From a virus (Duplodnaviria; Caudoviricetes), in IMG/VR virus record IMGVR_UViG_3300037420_000267, positions 1 to 30,046 of that record: DNA of 30,046 nt, one strand, 5' to 3'. Of this stretch, positions 8,435 to 17,367 are shown one piece after another. Numbering within the stretch: the first letter of the stretch is position 1; every line of letters starts with the position of its first letter. The notes under the pieces were generated by a model, which had not been told where the DNA came from, made no database searches, and saw only the letters and a list, made by a program, of their open reading frames with translations. Made by a program: the position numbers and the translations under genes.

Positions 8435-10393
8435 GTGCCACTCGTCACCCGTACCAACCTCGTGACCAACCCGTCGTTCGAAACCGGGACGACGGGTTGG
8501 CTCGGTGTCGGCACGACGCTTTCCCTGCTCGCCGTCGATACTTCCCAGAAGTACGTCGGCTTGCAGAGCATGAAGGTCACGTGCCAGTCAACATCCGGCG
8601 GCGCGAGCTTCGCGCTATCTGGGCTGACCGTGGGCGCCGTCTACACGATGAGCGGCTACGTCTACATCCCAACCTCGGGCGGGGCGAATGCAGTTGCGAC
8701 CCACGTGGCCGGGTTCACCAGCGGCGATGTCACCACAACCGTGAAGGGCGCTTGGACTCGCATCGCACAGACGTTCATCGCCACAGCGACATCCCACTCG
8801 ATCCAATTCAACTTCGCAAGCACGCCGGCGTCCGGGCAGATCTTCTACCTCGACGCAGTGTTCCTCGAAGCGCCCCCCGTGGCGCAGACAAACCTCGCAC
8901 TCGACCCGGCAGCGACGGGCCTGACGAACTGGTCACCCCTCGGCTCCACGACCTCGACCCGGATCACCGACACGACGACCTTCCACAGCGGCACGTCGTC
9001 CTACAAGCAAACGCTGACGGCATCTGGCACCTCGGGCGCCAAGTGTGCTGTGAGCAACCCCGGCTTCGCTGCGGGCGACACAATCAAGTGGTCCGTTTGG
9101 GTCTACCCATCCGTCACCATGACGATCCAGCCCTACTGGGAGAGGCCGCTTCCGACCTACACGGGCGGCAGCGGAGGTGCGGCGATTTCCTGCCCAGCGA
9201 ACACGTGGACGCAGATCACCGGCTCGCTGACCCTCACGTCTGCCAATGCTGACGCTACGGCATCCTACGGTTTTGGGTTCCTCAGCACGGCCGCGTGGGC
9301 GAGCGGCAACAGCTTCAACGCCGACGAGATTGAGGTTGAGCGAAACGTCGCCACGCTCGGCACCTACATCGATGGCTCGACCGCGCAGACTGCGACGACT
9401 TACTACGCCTGGACGGGCGCGCCGAACGCGTCATCGTCGGTTGCGCTGACAACGCCGTTCACCTACTTCGATGGCTCGTCCGTCAACGCGAACAGCCGCA
9501 TGTATGCGTGGCTATCTGGGGCGAACGCCTCGACCTCGACGGAGAAGACCTACACGCCGGACATCGGACTCGTCGCGAAGACTGACGCGCCTTGCCCGCG
9601 CGTGGAAGTCACACTCACCAACTTCACCCCGACGGACAACAGCATCAACCTCTGGGTGATGGCCGACGGTGTGAGGCGAGCTGTGCGGGGAGCCCGCGAG
9701 ATTACCGTGAACGACTCCACCCTCATCATCGACTATGAGGTGGCGTTGAACCGCCAGGTGGACTTCAGCATCGAAATCCTCAGCGGGCTCAACGTCGGCG
9801 CCTCGGTCCCCACGCAGTCGATCACCGTCACTTCGGATACGTGGTGGATTCAAGACCCGCTCGTTCCGACGAGCGCCGTCGCCGTGGACTCGGGCGCGGA
9901 CTACCCTGACAGCCCGGCGCTTACCGCGGCGGCGCTGAAGCAGCTCGAGTACGCGGCCGACATCAGCGTCATCCCGATCATGGGCTCCAATGAGCCCGTG
10001 GCTATCGGCGGGGAGCGGCTGGCCGCGTCGGGCGTCCCGTGGAACATGGTAACCACGGCCGCGCAGGCGACCACGAACCTCCGCAACCTGCTTAAGCAGT
10101 GCACGACCGTCCTCATCCGGCCGGGCGCCAACGGCGCCGGCGACGAGATACCGGGCAAGGCGTACATGGCTGTGCAGAAGCCGGTAGAGAAGCCGGTAAC
10201 CGTGGCGTGGAACGGCGAGATGACGCTGTGGGAGCTCGTCGGCGACACGGTGGCGCCACCAACGCTGCGCATCCAGGTTCCCGTGTGGACCTACGGCGAC
10301 GTGAAGGCGCTATTCGCCACATACCAGCAAGCACTAGATGCCCACACCGGCGACACGTACCTCGACGTGCTGAAGTCCCCATCCGGGGCGTGA
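8435..10393 (+). CDS. Minor tail (distal-tail-like) protein with N-terminal carbohydrate-binding-like domains
   Basis: First gene after the tape measure. Likely start GTG 8435 (GGAG upstream). TNLVTNPSFET CBM-like repeats, then an APCPRVEV / DYEV.LN / WIQDPLVP core. Confidence 0.8.
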   Translation: MPLVTRTNLVTNPSFETGTTGWLGVGTTLSLLAVDTSQKYVGLQSMKVTCQSTSGGASFALSGLTVGAVYTMSGYVYIPTSGGANAVATHVAGFTSGDVTTTVKGAWTRIAQTFIATATSHSIQFNFASTPASGQIFYLDAVFLEAPPVAQTNLALDPAATGLTNWSPLGSTTSTRITDTTTFHSGTSSYKQTLTASGTSGAKCAVSNPGFAAGDTIKWSVWVYPSVTMTIQPYWERPLPTYTGGSGGAAISCPANTWTQITGSLTLTSANADATASYGFGFLSTAAWASGNSFNADEIEVERNVATLGTYIDGSTAQTATTYYAWTGAPNASSSVALTTPFTYFDGSSVNANSRMYAWLSGANASTSTEKTYTPDIGLVAKTDAPCPRVEVTLTNFTPTDNSINLWVMADGVRRAVRGAREITVNDSTLIIDYEVALNRQVDFSIEILSGLNVGASVPTQSITVTSDTWWIQDPLVPTSAVAVDSGADYPDSPALTAAALKQLEYAADISVIPIMGSNEPVAIGGERLAASGVPWNMVTTAAQATTNLRNLLKQCTTVLIRPGANGAGDEIPGKAYMAVQKPVEKPVTVAWNGEMTLWELVGDTVAPPTLRIQVPVWTYGDVKALFATYQQALDAHTGDTYLDVLKSPSGA

Positions 10394-10408
10394 CGAAGGA
10401 GAACCACT

Positions 10409-10741
10409 TTGCCATCGACAGAGGCGATCTTCGCCGGGACCATCACATCCTCAGCGACGGCGGCCATGCCGACCCTCATGGGCACGCAGGACTGGGTGAG
10501 CATCATCCTCAACGTGTCCGACGTGGCCGGCACGAATCCCGAAATCGTCTTCGGACTCCAGTGGTCCAACGACGGCGGGATATGGGCCGACGCCACGCCG
10601 GCCAAGGATGAGTTTGCGCCCATCACGGCGCCGTGCACGATCATCCGGCGCTTCGACGTGAAGGCCAAGTATTTCCGGCCGTACGTCAACGTGACCGGCG
10701 ACGGCGCATCGTTCACCGGATCGGCGAACGCCTACTACTGA
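10409..10741 (+). CDS. Small beta-rich minor tail/structural protein
   Basis: RBS AAGGAG and TTG start. LQWSNDGGIW...KYFR motif. Within the tail module. Confidence 0.65.
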   Translation: MPSTEAIFAGTITSSATAAMPTLMGTQDWVSIILNVSDVAGTNPEIVFGLQWSNDGGIWADATPAKDEFAPITAPCTIIRRFDVKAKYFRPYVNVTGDGASFTGSANAYY

Positions 10742-10753
10742 CGGGGGAAGCTC

Positions 10754-12001
10754 GTGCGGACCATCGACCCTAGAACGCTCGAGGCGCTGTACGGCTCGCG
10801 CAAGGGTGACAAGCTCATCGTGTGGCCGTGGTACGGGGGCAAGGTCCAGACCAGCGACCCGCTGAACATCTCGGGCTTCACGTTCACGTGGGACCGCTCG
10901 CGAGTGATCCAGACCCTCAGTATCACGATCCCCGACGAGACGGGCGAGCTCGCCCCCTGGCTACTGGACGACTCGCTCGGCGTCGGCGGCGCCGAGCTCC
11001 AGTGCATCTACCAGGTGGGCGGCGCGGGCAGCGTCAACCTCGGGTGGTACCCGATCCACAACTCCGACCCTGACGAGAAGTGGCGGCACTACCTGATTGA
11101 CGAGCAGGGGACGCTCACACCGAACACGCCGATCCAGCCGGGCAAACGGCTCAAGACGGTGCCCGGCGGCGCGAACCTGTCCCTTACATGCGACGACCGT
11201 GCGGTGAAGATCCAGCGGGACAAGTTCATTGCCCCGGAGTCGCCGCCGGCGTCACCGGCGCCCACGATCCTCAGCGAGCTCCAGCGGCTCGTGGCAGGCA
11301 GCGGGATCACGGTTGTGGCGTCGGCAGGCGTCGCGGACCGAAGCGTGAACACCACGCTCATCTACCAGGATGACCGGCTCGCGGCCGTGCAGGACTTGTG
11401 CAAGCGCATCGGATGCGACTTCAGGATGAACGGCGACGGGCAACTCGAGGTGTACCCGCTGACCAACCAGTCCACCGCCATCGAGCTCAAGGGCGGACCG
11501 GAGGGGCTGCTCGTCGCCGTGGGGAGGCCGATGACATCGGACAAGCTCTACAACGTGTTCGTCGCCGAAGGCGTGGACAAGAGCTCGAACGCGCCACTGC
11601 GCGGCATCGCCCAGATCACGGGCGGCCCGATGAAGGTGGGCGGCGACTTCGGCCGCTCGGTCACCAAGTATTCGTCCACGATGCTCACCACGCAGCAGGA
11701 GTGCGACGACTACGCAGTGACAATGCGGGACACATTCATCTCGGGATTGACCCAGACCCTACGTGTCACATGCCCGCCTCTGCCGCACATCCAGCAGGGA
11801 GACCTCGTGACCGTGTACTCGCCGCGCGCCAACGGCGACGTGCCGAAGGTCAAGGGCCAGGTGGCGACCATGACGCTCAGCGGCGGCCAGACGCCGAAGG
11901 CGATGACGCTCGACGTGGAATGCGCCTACACGGATGTGCAGCTCGCATTCGGCACGGGCTCGGCGACCTCGATAGCCGGGGATCTTCTCTTGAACCAATA
12001 A
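10754..12001 (+). CDS. Minor tail protein (baseplate hub-like)
   Basis: 415 aa. LGWYPI, DRLAAVQDL, YNVFVAEG and P.PHIQQGDLV motifs. Synteny. Confidence 0.8.
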   Translation: MRTIDPRTLEALYGSRKGDKLIVWPWYGGKVQTSDPLNISGFTFTWDRSRVIQTLSITIPDETGELAPWLLDDSLGVGGAELQCIYQVGGAGSVNLGWYPIHNSDPDEKWRHYLIDEQGTLTPNTPIQPGKRLKTVPGGANLSLTCDDRAVKIQRDKFIAPESPPASPAPTILSELQRLVAGSGITVVASAGVADRSVNTTLIYQDDRLAAVQDLCKRIGCDFRMNGDGQLEVYPLTNQSTAIELKGGPEGLLVAVGRPMTSDKLYNVFVAEGVDKSSNAPLRGIAQITGGPMKVGGDFGRSVTKYSSTMLTTQQECDDYAVTMRDTFISGLTQTLRVTCPPLPHIQQGDLVTVYSPRANGDVPKVKGQVATMTLSGGQTPKAMTLDVECAYTDVQLAFGTGSATSIAGDLLLNQ

Positions 12002-12007
12002 GGAGGC

Positions 12008-12964
12008 GTGGCGGCCGTGCCCCTCAAGAACACAGCGGCAACGCTCAAGACACAGGCCGTCACCCCCTACAGGGGAACGATTGTGACCGATTCGACGGGG
12101 AAGCTCGTCGTCTCGGTTGGCGGCAACATCATCCCAGCAACCTTCCTCGACGGCGTGACCGTCGCCGCAGGCCAGACGGTGAAGGTGGATCTCATCCAGC
12201 GCGCCCAAGGGCAATCGGAGGCGTTCGTCGTCGGCGGCGTAGCGGCGAACTACCGACCGGGGCGGGCAAACGTGAAGACGGTTCCACCGTCCTCGAGCAC
12301 CATCACCGTCACGGGCACCGACGGCGTGGACTACGCCGCGGACTACCTCTCGTCGTACGCACCCGTCGTCGGGGATCTGGTGGGACTTCTCTGGAAGGGC
12401 GGCTCGCCGACCGTGCTCGGCAAAGTCGGCGTCCTGACCGCCGGCGCGGCGCCCACACAGATCGTCGCGCCCCCGCCGACCGTCTCGACCGGCACGGGCA
12501 AGTTCGCGGCGTCGGACACCTCGACCTACTGGGCGCCAGGCGGATGGGACTCGTGGGCCGGCGGCAACAACGTCTTCCAGGGAGACATCGGTCAAGGACC
12601 AGTCACGGGCGCCTGGTTCTATGCCGGCTCGGCAGCGCAGCTCAAGGGCGCGACCATCACCGCGATCCGCTTCACTCTCGGGCAGCGCAACGGGGCTGGG
12701 CAGTCCGGCTCACCCGTAACCGTGAACCTCTTCACGCACCTCAACGCCAGCCGGCCCGGCGGCAACGTCACCATCGGCGGCGCCTCGACAACCGTGACAG
12801 CGCAGCCGTACCAAGGCGACACGGTATACAACCTGCCGCTGTCCTTCGCCACAGACCTTCTCAACGGTGGCGGCATCGCCATCCAGAACAACCCGTACGC
12901 CGGATTCTACGGCCGCAACACGCGCCCGATGTCCGGATACATCGAGCTCGACTGGAGGAAGTGA
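12008..12964 (+). CDS. Minor tail protein
   Basis: RBS AAGGAGG. SYAPVVGD.V, QG....GAWFY and A..L..GG motifs typical of actinophage tail-tip proteins. Confidence 0.8.
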   Translation: MAAVPLKNTAATLKTQAVTPYRGTIVTDSTGKLVVSVGGNIIPATFLDGVTVAAGQTVKVDLIQRAQGQSEAFVVGGVAANYRPGRANVKTVPPSSSTITVTGTDGVDYAADYLSSYAPVVGDLVGLLWKGGSPTVLGKVGVLTAGAAPTQIVAPPPTVSTGTGKFAASDTSTYWAPGGWDSWAGGNNVFQGDIGQGPVTGAWFYAGSAAQLKGATITAIRFTLGQRNGAGQSGSPVTVNLFTHLNASRPGGNVTIGGASTTVTAQPYQGDTVYNLPLSFATDLLNGGGIAIQNNPYAGFYGRNTRPMSGYIELDWRK

Positions 12965-12965
12965 C

Positions 12966-13595
12966 ATGCCCGTCACAAGAGAGAACGGCATACCCGTTCC
13001 CGTCAACTCGGACGCCTACGATCCGACCGGCGACATAACGAAGCTCGCCGACGGCTCGAACGTCCTCATCAAGGCGACACAGGCGCAGCGCGACGCGCTC
13101 ACGAAGGTCAACGGCAAGGCCGTCATCCGCACGGACATCGCCCAGGCTCCGATTGAGCGCTGCGACGGCTCGACATGGTTCGGGCAGGCCCCACATGAAG
13201 AGTGGACGTTCAGCAACCCGGCGAACACTGTCCCGAACGGTGCGGCGTGGGGGCCGGGGATCGGCACTCTCGACACGTCGTCCAACTCGATTTACACGGG
13301 CTTCGGCTCTACGCCGGCCAACGATACCTTCCAGGTCAACGCGCCTGGACGGTATCTGTTCCATTGGTACCTCGTGCTCGCTGGCGCGGCCGGCGCCCCT
13401 GTGTTCATGGCCTTCAACAATGGCTCCGGTGGGCGACTCACCGCGCACCAGTGGCCGAACGCCTTCGAGCATGACATCTCCATCGAGCTCAACCTCCCCG
13501 CCGGCGGCCAGGTGAAGCTGGTCTACGTCCAGACGGGCGGCTCCACCTACAACGCCATCGTCAACCACCGTCTCCGCGTGTCCAAGAACGGCTGA
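12966..13595 (+). CDS. Minor tail / receptor-binding protein candidate
   Basis: Start ATG 12966 after GGAGG. VPVNSDAYDPTGD..KLA, A.RDAL and DGSTW N-terminal module followed by a beta-sandwich-like C-terminus. Confidence 0.7.
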   Translation: MPVTRENGIPVPVNSDAYDPTGDITKLADGSNVLIKATQAQRDALTKVNGKAVIRTDIAQAPIERCDGSTWFGQAPHEEWTFSNPANTVPNGAAWGPGIGTLDTSSNSIYTGFGSTPANDTFQVNAPGRYLFHWYLVLAGAAGAPVFMAFNNGSGGRLTAHQWPNAFEHDISIELNLPAGGQVKLVYVQTGGSTYNAIVNHRLRVSKNG

Positions 13596-13599
13596 GCCC

Positions 13600-13995
13600 G
13601 TGAGCGACCCGGTAGCAGTGGCGATCATCAGCAGCATCGGCCTCATCGTCTCGGGCGCGCTCGGCGTCTGGCTCGAGTCGATACGCCGCTCAGTGAAGAA
13701 GACGAAGAGCGATGCCGAGTCCGCCGCGAAGCACGCATCGGACATCTACGGATCGATCAACAACCGCGACGAGTCCCTGTCAGATCGGATCGACAAGCTC
13801 GCGACCGCACAGGATGTGCAGGCGCTCGCCCGCAGCGTAACGGCGCTGACAGAGACGACGGCCGCGCTCACGGTGGCGCAGACCAACGACCGGCAAGCCT
13901 TCAACAACCACTTGAGGGAGGCCGCGAAGCTCACTCCCATGCTCGAGGTGCTGTACCGCCAGTACGGCAGGAAAGAAGGCCCCAATGCTCACTGA
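13600..13995 (+). CDS. Single-TM membrane protein with coiled-coil (lysis-cassette associated)
   Basis: N-terminal hydrophobic helix VAVAIISSIGLIVSGALGVWL, then IN NR..SL.DRID. Immediately upstream of the endolysin. Confidence 0.7.
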   Translation: MSDPVAVAIISSIGLIVSGALGVWLESIRRSVKKTKSDAESAAKHASDIYGSINNRDESLSDRIDKLATAQDVQALARSVTALTETTAALTVAQTNDRQAFNNHLREAAKLTPMLEVLYRQYGRKEGPNAH

Positions 13996-15019
13996 CCTTG
14001 CGGATGCCTGCTATGCGTCCGGGCTCCAAGTCATCACGTGCGACGGGTGGGAATCCCGCGGGTACGCCGGCCAGTCGCTCCAGCAGGTCCGCGGAGTGCT
14101 CTGGCACCACACGGCCACCTCGAGCGCGCGCAGCTACACGTCGGGCATGCCGACCCTGAGCATGCTCGTCAACGGCCGCGCCGACCTCGCCGGACCGCTG
14201 TGCAACCTCGGCCTCGGCCGCGGGGGAGAGGTGTACGTCGTCGCCGCCGGCGTCGCCAACCACGCCGGGCAGGGCTCGGCGCCCGGCGTCCCGACCGACA
14301 TGGGGAACCACTACCTCATCGGCATCGAGATGGAATCCAGCGGCGTCGAACCGTGGGACTGGACCGACGCGCAGCTCGACGCGATGCCGCGGCTCGGCGC
14401 CGCCCTCGAGCTCCACTACCTTCAGTACCTCGCACCGGAGGGCCGGCTTCAGCTCGGCCATTACGAGTACAGCTCGGCCGGGAAGATCGACCCCACGGGG
14501 CTCCCTGGGGCGATGGACGGGCTGCGCGCCCGAATCAACGCAATCGCCTATGGCGGGGATGTCCAGCCGGCATCCACCGGCGGCGTCACTCAATTGGAGG
14601 GATTCCTCATGGCACTCAACGATCAGCAGCAGACCGAGCTCTACAACTGGGTCAAGTACCTTGTTGACCCGACGTTCAAGCGGGACATCTTCGCGGGGGC
14701 GTCGGAAGTCGAGAAGCAGGCGCGCGCCGCGTTCGCAGACGAGCTTCTGAACCACCCCGTCCCGTGGTACGGATTCAACGGCCAGGTTCCGGAATCCGGG
14801 CGCACCACGACAAGCATTGCACTCGCGAACGGCTGGGCCGATTCCATCGCGGCCGGCACGAACGGGCTCATCGCATCGCTCACCTCGAAGATCGACGCGC
14901 TCACTGCGGCCGTCGCCGCAGGCAACGGGCTCAGCAAGGACGAGCTCAGCCAAGTCATCGAAGACAGCGTGGCGAAGACCTTCGGCGAGTACACGCTCTC
15001 GCTGAACAAGAATGCCTGA
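13985..15019 (+). CDS. Endolysin, N-acetylmuramoyl-L-alanine amidase (Amidase_2-type)
   Basis: WHHTA, GR.DL.GPLC, ANHAG.G, IGIE and GHYEY...KIDP zinc-amidase motifs. Confidence 0.92.
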   Translation: MLTDLADACYASGLQVITCDGWESRGYAGQSLQQVRGVLWHHTATSSARSYTSGMPTLSMLVNGRADLAGPLCNLGLGRGGEVYVVAAGVANHAGQGSAPGVPTDMGNHYLIGIEMESSGVEPWDWTDAQLDAMPRLGAALELHYLQYLAPEGRLQLGHYEYSSAGKIDPTGLPGAMDGLRARINAIAYGGDVQPASTGGVTQLEGFLMALNDQQQTELYNWVKYLVDPTFKRDIFAGASEVEKQARAAFADELLNHPVPWYGFNGQVPESGRTTTSIALANGWADSIAAGTNGLIASLTSKIDALTAAVAAGNGLSKDELSQVIEDSVAKTFGEYTLSLNKNA

Positions 15020-15182
15020 GCGGCTGGCGGCGCGCTGCCCGCATTGCGGGCGGCTCGCCGCCGCGTTCGCCACACAGCACTGCAACCCTCCCCACCGGCC
15101 TTGCGGGTGGATGCGCTGCCCGTGCGGCGCCGCATGGGACACGCGCAACGGCAACTTCATCCGACCCATCCCGAAGGACTAA
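15012..15182 (+). CDS. Small Cys/His-rich putative zinc-binding protein (56 aa; not in ORF track)
   Basis: MPERLAARCPHCGRLAAAFATQHCNPPHRPCGWMRCPCGAAWDTRNGNFIRPIPKD*. Overlaps the lysin stop and ends 3 nt before the holin ATG. Confidence 0.7.
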   Translation: MPERLAARCPHCGRLAAAFATQHCNPPHRPCGWMRCPCGAAWDTRNGNFIRPIPKD

Positions 15183-15185
15183 GCC

Positions 15186-15689
15186 ATGATCGTCTTCCAC
15201 CTCGACCTCTGGGCGGGGCTGGGCTTCATCGTCCAGTTCATCCTGCCCCTGCTCGTCGCGCTCGTCACCACGCGCGTCACATCCGGGAACCTCAAGGCGC
15301 TACTGCTCGGGGCGCTCACACTCCTGGTGTCCGTCGTCTCGAGCGTCCTCACCGCGCACGACACCGGGGCGACACTGGACCTCTTCCAAACGATCCTCAC
15401 CGCACTCGCCGGTTTCGTCATCAGCGTCGGCGGCCACTTCGGGCTCTGGAAGCCCACCGGGCTCGCGGACATCCTCGCCGCTGTCGGCGTGAAGAGCAGC
15501 ACAAGCCAGAATGTGCTGGCACAGGCCATCCCGTCGGTAGCGGATCTTCCCGAAGTGCCCACCTCGATCTACGTGCCGGCGCCGGCCGCGGCGAAGCTCG
15601 CCGCTGCGCCCGACCCGACTGTCACGCCGCCCGTCGCGCCGGCGCCGATCTACTCGGGCGGGACCACACCACTCACCCCAGGGAGCTAA
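15186..15689 (+). CDS. Holin
   Basis: About three hydrophobic helices. LPLLVALVT, KA.LL..L and HFGLWKPTG motifs of actinophage holins. Pro/Ala-rich tail. RBS AAGGA. Confidence 0.8.
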   Translation: MIVFHLDLWAGLGFIVQFILPLLVALVTTRVTSGNLKALLLGALTLLVSVVSSVLTAHDTGATLDLFQTILTALAGFVISVGGHFGLWKPTGLADILAAVGVKSSTSQNVLAQAIPSVADLPEVPTSIYVPAPAAAKLAAAPDPTVTPPVAPAPIYSGGTTPLTPGS

Positions 15690-15692
15690 GCG

Positions 15693-16121
15693 ATGGCAAC
15701 CGCCCACGTCTACGGGAACGCTCTTCTCAACCTCGCCAAGAAGAAGGCAGACCTCAGCGCCGACGCACTGAAGGTCATGCTGCTCACGAGCGCGTACACG
15801 CCGGCCCAGGCGACCCATCAGTTCCAGTCCGATCTGACGGGCGAAGTCGTGGGCACGGGGTACACGGCCGGCGGGCAGGCCCTCACGTCGGTCACGCTCA
15901 CACAGGCCGGGAACGTCGTCACGCTCGACGCCGCGGACAGCGTGTGGAATGGCTCTACCATCACCGCCCGGTACGCCGTCGTGGTGGACACTACGCCGGG
16001 CTCGGCGGCGACAAACCCGCTCATCTGCTACGTGGACTTCACCACGGATTTCGTGAGCACGAACGCGCCCTTCACGATCCAGTGGAACGCGTCCGGCATC
16101 GTCACGCAGACGGCGAACTAA
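15693..16121 (+). CDS. Putative virion structural (fibre/decoration-associated) protein
   Basis: LKVMLLTSAYTP, EVVGTGYTAGG.AL, DAAD..W...TITARYAV and LI.YVDF motifs of a widespread phage structural family. RBS GGGAG. Confidence 0.65.
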   Translation: MATAHVYGNALLNLAKKKADLSADALKVMLLTSAYTPAQATHQFQSDLTGEVVGTGYTAGGQALTSVTLTQAGNVVTLDAADSVWNGSTITARYAVVVDTTPGSAATNPLICYVDFTTDFVSTNAPFTIQWNASGIVTQTAN

Positions 16122-16136
16122 CGGAGGCGGGAGTCA

Positions 16137-17318
16137 ATGACCCAGCACACCCTATTCGGGTCCACGATCCCCGCCAATGTCCAGAACAGCGATACCCAGC
16201 AGGTCAACCTCGCCACGGCGTTCTACATCACGTCCGGCACCACGTGGACGGCAACCGGGATCAGGTTCTACCTCGACCCGACCTCGAATGCTCCGCTCAC
16301 CGGCTATCAAGGCTACCTCTCGTCCGGCGACAGCGCGGGGGCTCTGACTCTGCTAAGCAACGTCACGTTCTCAGGCGTGACGGCCGGCGGGTGGAACACG
16401 GCGAGCTTCGCCTCGCCGGTTGCGCTGTCCGTCGGCACCAAATACTGGGTGACGGTCTACTTCCCTGGAGGCTGCTATTCCGCGACCGCCCACGTGTTCG
16501 GCACGCCGGTTCAGGCATCGGACGGCAGTGCGCTCTACGGCGCCGCGACATCCGAAGTCATGCCCGGCAACGGCGTCTTCAGCTATCAGGGACCGGGCGA
16601 CATGTCCGGCGCATCGACGTTCAATGACAACTGGTACGGCGTTGACGTAATCACGGACGACGGCACCTCGGGCGGGCCGACCATCGCCGCTCCGACGGCG
16701 ACCTCGAGCGCCACCGCGCTCGCGCCGACCATCTCGGGCGCGGCAACCGTGCTCGCGCCGGTGGCTACTTCCAGTGCGGACGCGCTGCCACCCACCATCT
16801 CCACGGGCGCCGCGGCGACTGTTCTGGCGCCAGTGGCGACCTCGAGCGCCACCGCACTCGCACCGTCGCTATCCATCCCGGCGACCGTGCTGGCGCCCGT
16901 GGCGACGAGCTCGGCGACCGCGCCGGCGCCTTCGGTGTTCATCCGCACCGAACCGCCGCACTTCAGCATCTTCAAGGGCAACGTAAACCGACGCTGGGCA
17001 GCGAACGCCGTGCAGCGCAGATGGCAGGGAGGACTCCTGGTGGAAGTCATCGACCTCGGCTCGACCAACGAATACGTGCCGCTGCGGCTCCAGGTCAACG
17101 GCTCGCCGCTGGCACCGACCACGGGGATGACCGTGCAGGGTGCGGTCTACCTCAACGGGACCACGCCGGGCGCGTACGGCGCCGCGGACTACATCGACGG
17201 CCAATACTGCGTGAAGTTCGACGCGCTCGCGGCCGGCACGTACCGGGCGAAGGCGAAGATCACGACACTGGACGAAGGCCCGGTGCTCGTGGACTGCGGC
17301 ACATTCCAGGTGGCATGA
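16137..17318 (+). CDS. DUF4082-like domain protein with Ala/Thr/Pro repeats (fibre/adhesin-like)
   Basis: L.T.F.......TGIRFY, GWNT..F.SPV....Y.V and WYGVDV motifs, followed by four TVLAPVATSSATALAP repeats. Confidence 0.7.
   Translation: MTQHTLFGSTIPANVQNSDTQQVNLATAFYITSGTTWTATGIRFYLDPTSNAPLTGYQGYLSSGDSAGALTLLSNVTFSGVTAGGWNTASFASPVALSVGTKYWVTVYFPGGCYSATAHVFGTPVQASDGSALYGAATSEVMPGNGVFSYQGPGDMSGASTFNDNWYGVDVITDDGTSGGPTIAAPTATSSATALAPTISGAATVLAPVATSSADALPPTISTGAAATVLAPVATSSATALAPSLSIPATVLAPVATSSATAPAPSVFIRTEPPHFSIFKGNVNRRWAANAVQRRWQGGLLVEVIDLGSTNEYVPLRLQVNGSPLAPTTGMTVQGAVYLNGTTPGAYGAADYIDGQYCVKFDALAAGTYRAKAKITTLDEGPVLVDCGTFQVA
16680..16935 (+). repeat. Four tandem ~22-24 aa coding repeats (T[IV][AL]AP[TV]ATSSA.A..P)
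   Basis: Visible in the translation; the nucleotide copies have diverged at synonymous sites. Confidence 0.85.
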
Positions 17319-17367
17319 CGAAGGCGCCCCTTCTCCCAAATTCGGGAGATGGGGCGCCTTTCGTCAT
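17315..17367. terminator. Bidirectional terminator hairpin between the convergent late and lysogeny blocks
   Basis: ATGACGAAGGCGCCCCTTCTCCC-AAATTC-GGGAGATGGGGCGCCTTTCGTCAT, a long imperfect inverted repeat between stops at 17318(+) and 17368(-). Confidence 0.85.

Noticed and set aside
8435-17318. Diversity-generating retroelement or invertible tail-fibre cassette
   Set aside because: No reverse transcriptase or invertase gene, and no near-identical nucleotide template/variable repeat pair seen. The tail repeats are similar only at protein level.
635-17339. Long minus-strand and alternate-frame ORFs in the structural arm (e.g. 635..1930-, 4803..6257-, 7336..8580-, 11398..13038+, 13931..15169-, 15044..16627+)
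   Set aside because: They are shadow ORFs of high-GC coding sequence: Arg/Pro/Gly-rich, with no motifs or RBS, and fully overlapping well-supported + strand genes.
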